This document shows positions 27,495 to 36,144 of a stretch of 64,000 nucleotides of DNA, piece by piece. The notes under the pieces are model-generated. The model was given only the letters and a program-made list of their open reading frames with translations. It was not told the origin of the DNA and made no database searches. How positions within the stretch are numbered: position 1 is the stretch's first letter; every line of letters begins with the position of its first letter. Both the position numbers and the translations under genes were made by a program. The DNA comes from Patescibacteria group bacterium. Its GTDB lineage: Bacteria > Patescibacteriota > Minisyncoccia > Phycocordibacterales > CAIRYW01. The DNA lies in the NCBI GenBank assembly GCA_040389185.1, contig JAZKAJ010000005.1, positions 19,887-83,886 of the forward strand. Reading direction: 5' to 3'.

Positions 27495-28406
27495 TTAATG
27501 ACTATCAATTGTGCCTCCATGCCCCCTCAAGAAATCCACATAACTCATTTCTTTCTTTCCTTCTGGGATCACTTTTTTTATCTCAAGCTTTCCTTCTAGA
27601 AGATCCGCATCAGTAATCTTAACTCGAATATCCTTGTCGTGATGTTTTACAAAAAAATATGTTCCAGGCCAATCTTCATATGCTCTAATTTTCAAAAGGT
27701 TTTTGTAAGGATCGTCACTTAGATCCAAAAGTCCATGCTTTTTTTCGATCATTGAAGAATATGTCGCATCTTTATGATCCTGGACTTTTGGAGTAATAGT
27801 TCCATCCACCCACTTCGGTAGAGCTTCTGCAAGAAGCTTCCCACCCTCAGCTGAAAGAATTTCATAGAGTTCACTTTTCTTCGGCACCCATTTCTCTATT
27901 GCCACCTCTCTTTGGGCAATGATTGGCCCATGATCCATCTCATCGTCAAGAAGCATCACAGTCACCCCGATCCTGTTTTTCATATCGTTTAGGATTGCAG
28001 TCTCGATTGGAGAAGGTCCACGCAGAGCTGGTAAAAGCGAAGGGTGCAAGTTCAAGATTCCTTTTGGAAAAACATCAAGGAGAGAATGTGGGATCATTTC
28101 ACCATAAGACACAAGAATTCCAACATTTGCTCCAACTTTTTTTATTTCACCAAATAATTCTGAACTTTTTATATCTTCGGGTGTCAGATATTCTACTTTG
28201 TTTTCTATTGCCCAAACTTTGACCGGAGATGGCACGAGCTTCAGATGTCTCCCCTGTGGCTTATCGGGTTGAGTGATAATGAGGTTCGGCATATATCCTG
28301 CATCTCGAAGAGAATTCAAAGACGCCACAGAGATTGGCGAGCTGCCAAAGAATACAAAAGAATTTTGAGGATTTATAGGCTCGCTTTGTTGTGAGTTTTC
28401 GTTCAT
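27495..28406 (-). CDS. fmt: Methionyl-tRNA formyltransferase.
   Basis: 303-aa ORF with an N-terminal formyltransferase domain (FFGS..., HPSLLP) and a C-terminal beta-barrel. Located next to def. Confidence 0.9.
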   Translation of the reverse strand: MNENSQQSEPINPQNSFVFFGSSPISVASLNSLRDAGYMPNLIITQPDKPQGRHLKLVPSPVKVWAIENKVEYLTPEDIKSSELFGEIKKVGANVGILVSYGEMIPHSLLDVFPKGILNLHPSLLPALRGPSPIETAILNDMKNRIGVTVMLLDDEMDHGPIIAQREVAIEKWVPKKSELYEILSAEGGKLLAEALPKWVDGTITPKVQDHKDATYSSMIEKKHGLLDLSDDPYKNLLKIRAYEDWPGTYFFVKHHDKDIRVKITDADLLEGKLEIKKVIPEGKKEMSYVDFLRGHGGTIDSH

Positions 28407-28435
28407 TTATTTTATTTAAATTTTGAGAAAGAATA

Positions 28436-28963
28436 CTAATCGTTCTTCGGTGGCAAGTTTACAATATCTTTTGCTTTGTCTATAAACAGCACTGCGTCGA
28501 GATGGTCCGTCTCATGTTGAAATATCTGCGCTAATAATCCTGACGCTCCACGCTTGAATTTCTTACCGTTTTCATCATATGCTTCGATCGAGGCTTTCTT
28601 TGATCGCTTCACTTTTCCATAGAGATATCGGACAGAAAGACAGCCTTCATCCATTTCTTCTTTATTGCGAGAAAGTTTTGTAATGATTGGATTTATGAAT
28701 ACAATATCATCTGCAATTGGCGTTGATTTATTCTCTTCATAATCCCCTGTTCCAATATCAAATGCGCGTCCAGACACGACAAAGATTCGAAGAGACTCAC
28801 CAATTTGAGGCGCAGCAATAGCCACTCCATCATCTTGTGAAAGGAGTGCTTTTTTCATATCCAAAATTACTTTCTGGATCTTTTTACTTCCAATCTCCTG
28901 AATTGGCACTTCTTTTGCCTTTTCACGGAGCACTTTGTGACCATTTTGAACGATTGCTACCAT
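28436..28963 (-). CDS. def: Peptide deformylase.
   Basis: 175-aa ORF with the three PDF motifs GVAIAAPQIG, EGCLS and HETDHL. Confidence 0.92.
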   Translation of the reverse strand: MVAIVQNGHKVLREKAKEVPIQEIGSKKIQKVILDMKKALLSQDDGVAIAAPQIGESLRIFVVSGRAFDIGTGDYEENKSTPIADDIVFINPIITKLSRNKEEMDEGCLSVRYLYGKVKRSKKASIEAYDENGKKFKRGASGLLAQIFQHETDHLDAVLFIDKAKDIVNLPPKND

Positions 28964-29122
28964 GTTCCACAGTATAAAGTAAAAAGTTAAAAGTATAAAG
29001 TGAGTCAGAATTTCAAATTTTGATTCACTTTACAAAATCAATATTATATATTTATATTACATTGAACAAAAAGCTCTTTTACACTCATACAGATGAGGAG
29101 AGTTTTCCATCCCATATAAATT

Positions 29123-29542
29123 ATGTTACACATTGCAGACCATCTTCCATATACACATTCAGCACTCAAAGCAGAGCTGGAACAAGCTGAAGCCCACCTA
29201 AAACTTGTTAAGGAAGCCTTAGAAAAATTTGAGGCAGCCGAATGCACCTTCACAGGTGAACTGACCCCTAAAGGTCAGAAAGTGGAATTCGAGGTCGTGT
29301 GCCCCCAAGAAAATCCTGCCCACTCACAAGGTAAAGCTTGGGGAAATAACCTGGCGAGGTGTGTGAATCAAGCTTCTGAAATGTCAGGTCGCAACGGACC
29401 GTTCTGTGCATTCCTGAATGTTGATGACGCATCAATCGCAATCAGCAAGTACGATTTCTCTAATCTGGAATTCCAGGATCACGAAAAAAACGGGCGGGTT
29501 TGTTGGACCAAAACGGTCCGGAAAAATATCTGGCTCACCTGA
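29123..29542 (+). CDS. Hypothetical protein (139 aa), higher GC.
   Basis: ORF followed by two hairpin terminators. No motif recognised. Confidence 0.45.
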   Translation: MLHIADHLPYTHSALKAELEQAEAHLKLVKEALEKFEAAECTFTGELTPKGQKVEFEVVCPQENPAHSQGKAWGNNLARCVNQASEMSGRNGPFCAFLNVDDASIAISKYDFSNLEFQDHEKNGRVCWTKTVRKNIWLT

Positions 29543-29557
29543 GTGCAAAATCAACAT

Positions 29558-29626
29558 CGCCGAATCCAGATTGGATTCGGCGGTTTTTTATTTATAAATA
29601 AGCATCGCAGCGAAGCTGCGATGCTT
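29558..29626. terminator. Two tandem hairpins: cgccgaatccagattggattcggcg plus T-run, then aagcatcgcagc-gaa-gctgcgatgctt.
   Basis: They sit between convergent genes. The second hairpin belongs to the aagcatcg...cgatgctt family. Confidence 0.6.
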
Positions 29627-29665
29627 ATTATCTTTCTCTTTTCACTAATCACTTTTAACTCCTTC

Positions 29666-30031
29666 TTACTTCGTATTCTTCTTTATTATCGCCTTAATCT
29701 TCTGCTTCCCCTTCTTTAACATATCTCTTCCCTTTTTATTTGCCTTTGTTACTTCCGTCACAATTTCATCTTTTACCGCATCAATAGATTTGTAGAGATC
29801 ATCAGTTGTCGCTTCTGCTCGGAATTTATGATCACCATATTCAAGATTGATTTCAGCACGAAAAATGTCTCCTTTTTTATGATGTTTTGTCGTTTGTCCG
29901 AGCTCCACCCTTGCTATAGCATCTTCTGTCTTTTTCACGAATTTCTCGATTCCAAGAATTTTCTTTTCCAAATAATCCTTTACCGCATCTGTCATTTCCA
30001 AACCGTTTGATTTGATGTGTCTTTTTATCAT
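29666..30031 (-). CDS. hpf: Ribosome hibernation promoting factor (S30EA/RaiA family).
   Basis: 121-aa ORF starting MIKRHIKSNGLEMTDAVKDYLEKK..., matching the conserved N-terminus of the family. Confidence 0.85.
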   Translation of the reverse strand: MIKRHIKSNGLEMTDAVKDYLEKKILGIEKFVKKTEDAIARVELGQTTKHHKKGDIFRAEINLEYGDHKFRAEATTDDLYKSIDAVKDEIVTEVTKANKKGRDMLKKGKQKIKAIIKKNTK

Positions 30032-30107
30032 ATATAATTTTCAATTAAACTGATAATAATCCGACAGATATATTATACCATTATTTTAGTTTTGAAACTT
30101 TGACTTT

Positions 30108-30500
30108 TTGTGTAATCTGGTAGTATGCAATCAAATGTTCACCCTGCACCTTTCAGAAACTGACCTTAAGTGGTCCATCGTGTTCTGCTCAAAGAACATA
30201 GCTATCCAATCGGCTCCCGGACTGATTATTGTCCCTGAGAATCAATACACAAACAAACTTGCAAAACTCCTCAAAACCTACCCGGACGATTGCTCGCCTA
30301 TCTTTGAGGTATACAGCTCGCTCCTTAACCAAAAAATTGAACAATATGGGACCATACCAAAACTGATTGAGTCAATGGATACAAAAAGTTCGAGCAGAGT
30401 CATGAGTCTCATTGGATTTGAGGATTTAAATCATAAAGAGACGATACTTGGATCGCTCGAGACAATGCTTAAGGCAAAAAACGAACATAAATCTTCGTAA
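30108..30500 (+). CDS. Hypothetical protein (130 aa).
   Basis: ORF followed by the terminator ccgcccctcaaaaggcgg plus T-run at 30524-30548. Confidence 0.4.
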   Translation: MCNLVVCNQMFTLHLSETDLKWSIVFCSKNIAIQSAPGLIIVPENQYTNKLAKLLKTYPDDCSPIFEVYSSLLNQKIEQYGTIPKLIESMDTKSSSRVMSLIGFEDLNHKETILGSLETMLKAKNEHKSS

Positions 30501-30545
30501 ATCAGCATTCCTCAACCTTTACACCGCCCCTCAAAAGGCGGTTTT

Positions 30546-30791
30546 TTATATATTTAATGTATCCTGAATCCCGATTATCTCGATATGCTTATTTGGGGTT
30601 GTTTGTCCTTTGATTATTCTTATACTTTTTGCCTGGGGGAATTTTTCTTTCATGATTTCAATCACTCTCAGATTAGCTTCACCTCTTTTTGCTTCTGCAC
30701 GAATATAAAGTTCAAACTTGCCAGATTTTGTTTCTACCAACTCTTCTTTACGACTTTTGGGAAATACCTTCAAACGAATCATCATATCCAT
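30546..30791 (-). CDS. DUF167/YggU family protein.
   Basis: The translation MDMMIRLKVFPKSRKEELVE...ELYIRAEAKRGEANLRVIEIMKEKF... parallels the YggU pattern (L.V.V.P.A....AxPxxGxANxxL). Start chosen at the internal Met. Confidence 0.55.
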   Translation of the reverse strand: MDMMIRLKVFPKSRKEELVETKSGKFELYIRAEAKRGEANLRVIEIMKEKFPQAKSIRIIKGQTTPNKHIEIIGIQDTLNI

Positions 30792-30857
30792 TATTATAAC
30801 ATGGCAAGTTTTGACAAAGTGCACCAGAATAATAAATGATGTTATAATCATTCCAAT

Positions 30858-31295
30858 ATGATTTCAAAAGTTAAAAGAAAAATTGGTTTTACCTGCGGAG
30901 CAATGGATCTCTTTCATGCGGGACACTATTTGATGCTCGCAGAGATCAGACCTCAATGTGAATATCTCATTGTTGGTCTTCATACTGACCCAAGTATAGA
31001 TAGACCAGAAAAACACAAACCAATCCAAACAGTCGAAGAGCGTCTCATACAACTTAAAGGCTGTAAATATATTGACGAAATAATTATCTACGATACCGAA
31101 GAGGATTTATACCAACTTCTCAAAGAATTGAATCCGGATGTTCGATTTATGGGCGAAGACTGGAAGGACAAACCAAACTATTCGAGAGACTTGTTGCCAG
31201 ACATCGAAGTTATATACAACAGTCGCTGCCACGATTTCTCAAGCTCTAATCTCCGAGCAAGAATTGTTGAAAGAGAATCTAAGGAAAATAAATAA
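30858..31295 (+). CDS. Cytidylyltransferase-like nucleotidyltransferase (TagD/HldE domain II-like).
   Basis: 145-aa ORF with GAMDLFHAGH (HxGH) and Rossmann-like nucleotidyltransferase architecture. Confidence 0.75.
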   Translation: MISKVKRKIGFTCGAMDLFHAGHYLMLAEIRPQCEYLIVGLHTDPSIDRPEKHKPIQTVEERLIQLKGCKYIDEIIIYDTEEDLYQLLKELNPDVRFMGEDWKDKPNYSRDLLPDIEVIYNSRCHDFSSSNLRARIVERESKENK

Positions 31296-31444
31296 GTGTC
31301 TACAATTTGAGGTTTAGAATTTTTAAAGACATAGACAGTTTCTATATATTGACATTTCTACATTTTGATGTAATATCTGAGGCCGTGATGCGGCGCAATT
31401 TTTGCCGTATCGAAACTATAACGCTCATTCCACTCACCACCCAT

Positions 31445-31918
31445 ATGGCCACCAACATCGAAGAAATCAACGGAAAATTGGCAGAGGTCTTGGAGACCAT
31501 TGTATCCCAGATGAATGACGGGAAAAACCAACTCGCCTCATCCACACTCCAACGTGTTCTCGACGTCTCACGTAAGAACTCGATGCGGGTCGTGGGCATG
31601 GGTAGTCAACTCGGGATCCATATCATCCTGGCAATCAAGCCGGCGGGAGGCAAATACCTGAAATGGTCAGAGGTTCCCCTGAAGGATCAGGCGCTTCTGC
31701 TTGCAGAGCTCCAGATGTACAGCCCAATCATCAAAGAAGCACTGGGTCTGCCGGACGATTGGGGGATCTCAATCATGAAGGCTGATCAGAATTCCGCACG
31801 CCGTGAAGACTTCCACATCCACCTTACGTTCTCGCCATCACGGCCTGAGCTCGAAGAGATGGGTCTGCAACTGAACCCATTCGTCGATCCACGTATCGGC
31901 CCCCTCGACAAAGAGTGA
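31445..31918 (+). CDS. Hypothetical protein (about 157 aa), higher GC.
   Basis: Internal ATG at 31445. Contains an FHIHLTF histidine-rich segment of uncertain meaning. A terminator lies at 31939-31973. Confidence 0.4.
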   Translation: MATNIEEINGKLAEVLETIVSQMNDGKNQLASSTLQRVLDVSRKNSMRVVGMGSQLGIHIILAIKPAGGKYLKWSEVPLKDQALLLAELQMYSPIIKEALGLPDDWGISIMKADQNSARREDFHIHLTFSPSRPELEEMGLQLNPFVDPRIGPLDKE

Positions 31919-32015
31919 TCAACCAGTTCATCTGGTCCAAAGCGCACAGCAGTTCCCTGCTATGCGCTTTTTTATTTTATTTTTTTGCAAAACTGACTTT
32001 TTGAGCTTTTATATT

Positions 32016-32498
32016 TCACTTATCCAACTTCCCCATCACCTTCAAAATTCTACCCACCGTTTTCCAGGTACGAGTTGTGATTTGTTTGCCGTACTTTTTC
32101 TCAGCACCTCGCATAAAGTCGGGAGTCTTCCCTTCTGTTAATTTAATCACTGTACATAATTCCTTTTTTCTATCTTTAAAAAAAGTAACAACAAGATAAT
32201 TTGGTTTCTTGTCTTCAATATTTATGAACGGATCTTTTTTTACTATTTTCTTCAACTCTCCTTCACTTCGAATGATTACATCTCGCTTAAAACCAAGTTC
32301 TTTCTCCATGATTTTCTCTAGACTTGTTTCAAGTTTCGTTATGTCTTTTGTATCACTTTGAAATACAATATTTCCACTTGCAATCACTGGTGTTACATTT
32401 TGAAGCTTCAACATCTCAAACACAGCCTTAAGACTTGTTCCTTTCATATTAGGATTTGTAGGCATAATGCCACGAATCAGTGCAACGTAGGTGGTCAT
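32016..32498 (-). CDS. DUF1697 family protein.
   Basis: N-terminal MTTYVALIRGI... matches the characteristic YVALLRGIN start of the family. Confidence 0.65.
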   Translation of the reverse strand: MTTYVALIRGIMPTNPNMKGTSLKAVFEMLKLQNVTPVIASGNIVFQSDTKDITKLETSLEKIMEKELGFKRDVIIRSEGELKKIVKKDPFINIEDKKPNYLVVTFFKDRKKELCTVIKLTEGKTPDFMRGAEKKYGKQITTRTWKTVGRILKVMGKLDK

Positions 32499-32502
32499 AA
32501 CA

Positions 32503-32874
32503 TTATTTTTTAGCTTTACTTTTCATTACTTTAAGACTCGCCTTCGTAAGCTTCTTTACTAGAGTTATTGGAATTTTTTTATTCAAAGGAAAAATCACGA
32601 TTGCTTTTGTAGTAGCATATTGAGCAAGCTCCACTTTGTGATCTTGTATCACCGGAGGACGGACATGCAGCCTCACACAATCTTTTTTAAAACTAAACCA
32701 AACAAACATTCCATCATAATCATATCCTTCATAAGAATATCCAGGCATCTGGAAGTAATCGGTCCGTTCTGTTGCGCCGGGTGTAGCCGCTTTTATTGCG
32801 GTCCGAATTTTAATTAAAATTTCCCGGATTTCTTTTGGCGCACTTTTTATATATTTGTCAGTATTATTTTCCAT
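32503..32874 (-). CDS. DUF1801 (YdhG-like) family protein.
   Basis: 123-aa ORF. The DKYIKSAPKEIREILIKIRTAIKAATPGATE pattern is typical of DUF1801. Confidence 0.6.
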   Translation of the reverse strand: MENNTDKYIKSAPKEIREILIKIRTAIKAATPGATERTDYFQMPGYSYEGYDYDGMFVWFSFKKDCVRLHVRPPVIQDHKVELAQYATTKAIVIFPLNKKIPITLVKKLTKASLKVMKSKAKK

Positions 32875-32885
32875 TTTTTCTAAAT

Positions 32886-33314
32886 TTATTTAAGAGTAGA
32901 AAATTGAATTATCCATTCAATACCATACACATCTCTAAACATCCCAGCATATGTACCCCAAGGACTCTCACCTATCGGACCTTCGACTTCCCCTCCGTCT
33001 GATAAACTGTTAAATAATTTATCAGCTTCTTCTTTGCTGTCTGCGTTCACTAAAATTTTACTTCTATTTTCTCTCTCATTTACTTTCCCCATAAATTCTG
33101 GAACATCATTACCTATCAAAAGATTATTCGCACCAATAGGCAAAGCAATATATATAATTTTATTTTCTTCATTTGCTGCAACTTTGAATTCAGCGCTTGC
33201 CAAATCTTTAAAACGTATCACTTTTGTAAATTCTGTCCCGAACACTGATTTATAAAATGTAAATGCATCAAAGGCATTGCCGTTGAAGTTAATCCAAGGA
33301 TTTATTGTTGTCAT
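32886..33314 (-). CDS. VOC-superfamily protein, PhnB/3-demethylubiquinone methyltransferase-like.
   Basis: 142-aa ORF, with N-terminal TINPWINFNGNAFDAFTFYKSVFG and a C-terminal GWTYAGMFRDVYGIEW segment. Confidence 0.7.
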   Translation of the reverse strand: MTTINPWINFNGNAFDAFTFYKSVFGTEFTKVIRFKDLASAEFKVAANEENKIIYIALPIGANNLLIGNDVPEFMGKVNERENRSKILVNADSKEEADKLFNSLSDGGEVEGPIGESPWGTYAGMFRDVYGIEWIIQFSTLK

Positions 33315-33605
33315 TATGTAATTATATATATCATAGTAAATTTCTTCAAATTTTCGACTCTTGCAATAATATTTACTTATTGCAGATTTCGTGTTTTAAT
33401 TATATAAATTGTTAGGAATGGCATGTCGCCATTCCCCATATAAACACACACCATGAAAGGAGGGGCAGATGTCCTCGACAAAAAATTGGGATAATAAGGT
33501 TTTGATTCTGAGCACAGGAGGATATATCCCTCTTGCAATCGGCGGATGGAGTCATCCTGAAGAAGTCAATAGGCTTCATACACTGCATGGCTCATCCTCG
33601 CGGTA

Positions 33606-34094
33606 ATGCTCCTGATCTCATCACGGGCACAAGGTCATGCTGGATGGAAGCTGTTGACAGGTTTTGCTATTGGAAATTTCTCAATGCTTATCTTCGGTTT
33701 CTGCCTTACTGGCACAACCTTCAACTTGGGAGATGCGGAAAAGGTTGTGCTCTACGGTCTCACCACAACAATCGTGACATGGGTTGCGTGGAGCGGGTTC
33801 AAGAAGAAGGGCAATCCTCGCATCCTTTTCCTTGGAGGTATTGCGACAGATGTACTGTCTTATTATCCGCAAGTGAAGCAATACCTATTGCCTCACGATC
33901 CACCAAGCCTCTGGCTCATCACCGGATGGTCTATGTGGATTGCAGCTGCAGCGATTACACTCTTCAATGTTGAAAAGCTTTTCCTGAAGATTAAGCTAGC
34001 TCCAAAAGATCGGCTGAAGTTTATCGAGGAGTCGGCGTATACCCTCGAAAACATCTTCTTCATGGTTGTGACTGTTATTATCATGACCCATTAG
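33606..34094 (+). CDS. Hypothetical membrane protein (at most 162 aa), higher GC.
   Basis: Hydrophobic multi-helix frame, preferred over the overlapping Cys/Trp-rich frame 33533-33973. Terminator at 34110-34147. Confidence 0.35.
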   Translation: MLLISSRAQGHAGWKLLTGFAIGNFSMLIFGFCLTGTTFNLGDAEKVVLYGLTTTIVTWVAWSGFKKKGNPRILFLGGIATDVLSYYPQVKQYLLPHDPPSLWLITGWSMWIAAAAITLFNVEKLFLKIKLAPKDRLKFIEESAYTLENIFFMVVTVIIMTH

Positions 34095-34161
34095 ACCCAT
34101 CACCACGAGGAAGACCCGTCCTCATTCAAGGTGACGGGTCTTCTTTTATATTTTATCTAAA

Positions 34162-34593
34162 CTATAAGTTTTTATTCGCTACCTCTTTCTGATAATTCAT
34201 CATCCATTCTACCCCATATTTATCAGTCACCACTCCAAACACCCCACCCCAAAACTGCATTTCTGGTGCCATAAAAACTTCACCGCCCTCTGAAATTTTT
34301 GAGAAAAAATCTTGAAGTTGTTCTTCACTCTCGCAGTTTAAGGACATTCCAACATTGTCTCCAATAATTGCTTTGTCCTGCATCATATCCATACCCACAA
34401 AAGTTACATGTTCACTTTTGAGTATTGAATGCATCAGATTATTTTGCTTATCTTCCGGCATATCTTTTGACATTGGACTATCTTTTACCGTCATTGTTTC
34501 AAGTTCGCCACCAAAAATTCCTTTATAAAAATTCATTCCTTCTGTTCCTTTGTTGTCATTAAAACGTATAAATGGTGTAAGCATAATATTCAC
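34162..34593 (-). CDS. VOC-superfamily protein, PhnB-like paralog.
   Basis: 143-aa ORF with the same architecture as 32886-33314 (NFYKGIFGG...WGGVFGVVTDKYGVEW). Confidence 0.7.
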   Translation of the reverse strand: MNIMLTPFIRFNDNKGTEGMNFYKGIFGGELETMTVKDSPMSKDMPEDKQNNLMHSILKSEHVTFVGMDMMQDKAIIGDNVGMSLNCESEEQLQDFFSKISEGGEVFMAPEMQFWGGVFGVVTDKYGVEWMMNYQKEVANKNL

Positions 34594-34797
34594 GTAATTT
34601 ATAATACATATATTCTATATGATGTTACCTATTGTAGCCAGTTGAAAATGGTATCGTGCTCCGACTCGTGGATAAAGTTCGCACCTATTTTAGGAATACG
34701 AGTGAGTATATTTATATACCAAAATTGAAATAATTTATATAAAAAAGAAACCGCCCGCAAGAAGCGAACGGCTTCAGGCGGGCGTAGAGGCAGAAGA

Positions 34798-35085
34798 TCA
34801 CCGATAATCATAGTTTACCCACAGCAAATTGTTATCGCTGTCACGAATAGCTTTGATGGATCCATAGCGCCAATAAAAAGGCGCGTCTCCCGAAAAAAGT
34901 TGGATGGCGCCCATTGATTGCCGGATCCTGCCATTTGCAACGTGAGCAAAGTCACCATCCAGAACGACACCAGTCGGCAATCCTTCTCTTACCGCGTTGG
35001 GTGTTAATTCGACAGAGAATCCTCCGTCGTGACCCCAATTTCCATCAGGATTTTGAAAAGTTTTGACATCATTATCAGCTTGCAT
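34798..35085 (-). CDS. Hypothetical small protein (95 aa), higher GC.
   Basis: ORF with a downstream hairpin terminator (ccgcccgc...gcgggcgg plus T-run). Confidence 0.4.
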   Translation of the reverse strand: MQADNDVKTFQNPDGNWGHDGGFSVELTPNAVREGLPTGVVLDGDFAHVANGRIRQSMGAIQLFSGDAPFYWRYGSIKAIRDSDNNLLWVNYDYR

Positions 35086-35431
35086 GTTTGTGGTCTCCTT
35101 TTGTTAGAACTGTTCAAAGTGAACTTATCACGTTTTTGTGATATGTCAATAATATTGTTATGGTTTAATGCTCGGAATCACAAATAAATTAGTGCGGGTT
35201 CTAATTCCAACCAAGGTAACAAAAAATCACCTTGATAAACAAAGTGATTTTTAGTTGCTCCCCGGTAGGGAATCTTTCGTTACACGAACAGTACACCTTT
35301 TGGATAATTTGCTTCTTAAAATCGCAAATTATGCTCAAAAGGTTTTCGATCCCTACACGCAAGTGCCCCGCACTTGCTCGGCTGGAGCACAAAAAGAAAA
35401 AACACCTATTATAGGTGTTTTTTCTTTTTGT

Positions 35432-35775
35432 GCTCCCCCGGTAGGGATCGAACCTACGACCAATCGATTACATTTATCCTAAAATTACTTAAAGGGATGG
35501 ACTATATCATATCCGTATTCTAAATTTCTTTAGAGTTTAGGACCGAGGCGCTTCGTTCCAAATATTATTTAGAACTACTCCGTTAAGGATAGTCTCTGAA
35601 CCTTCTCCGATTTACACCAGAGCTTGGCTGCTGATTGCCCTTTGTATTGCTACAAATAAGGTTTCCAGCAATTCACCTCGTTTTTCAAACTATCATTTCG
35701 ATAGAAAGCTGCAAACAGTATCATTTTTAATGATGACGCTGACAGTCGATTGCTCTACCGCTGAGCTACAGGGGA
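35432..35775 (-). tRNA. Intron-containing tRNA. Exons are 35742-35775 (5') and 35432-35469 (3'). The anticodon is most consistent with GUU (Asn).
   Basis: The exons fold as acceptor TCCCCTG/CGGGGGA, D-arm GCTC-AGCGGTA-GAGC, anticodon stem ATCGA/TCGAT, variable loop TGGTC, T-arm GTAGG-TTCGATC-CCTAC and discriminator G. The loop is CUGU|UAA when spliced at the U.G pair. Confidence 0.75.
35470..35741 (-). ncRNA. Group I self-splicing intron (272 nt) in the tRNA anticodon loop.
   Basis: Canonical core elements are present: P AAUUGCUGGAAAC, Q GCAAUCAGCAGCC, R GGUUCAGAGACUAUCC and S GAUAUGAUAUAGUCCAUCC. The 5' exon ends in U, with a GCAG internal guide that can form P1, and the intron ends in G. 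Confidence 0.8.
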
Positions 35776-36144
35776 ATATTACTCTATCTTTTTGATCATT
35801 ATTTTCATACTGATCAAAATAAATCTGGCAAATAAATTGTCGATTAACAGTCTCGTCACAGATAATTTTCCGCTGAAAATTTCTGCGACCCCACCTCACG
35901 CCATCGCGTTCCGGTCTTGCGGTTGGGTCCCTATCCCAACCTCACTCCACCGCTCTTCTACAGGGGAATACTATGTTTTATCAAACATATCTGATTACTA
36001 ATTATAATAACCAGAATTTGTCTTATAACAACAATTTTTGCTCTACCGCTCCGCTACAGGGGAATACTCGGAACATAGTATCAAAAAAGTAGCTTTTTGC
36101 AAAGGATTAGATAGAACCATATTGCCCTAAGAAAGAAGCCGGGG

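Noticed and set aside
33533-33973. Alternative plus-strand frame MQSADGVILKK... (146 aa).
   Set aside because: Cys/Trp/His/Arg-rich composition typical of an off-frame read of GC-richer DNA. The overlapping hydrophobic frame 33606-34094 is more protein-like, although itself low confidence.
35256-35274. tRNA-like 3' end (T-arm plus acceptor), considered as a second tRNA gene.
   Set aside because: No matching 5' half, D-arm or anticodon arm. It is a fragment copy of the neighbouring tRNA's 3' end and is treated as a repeat or scar.
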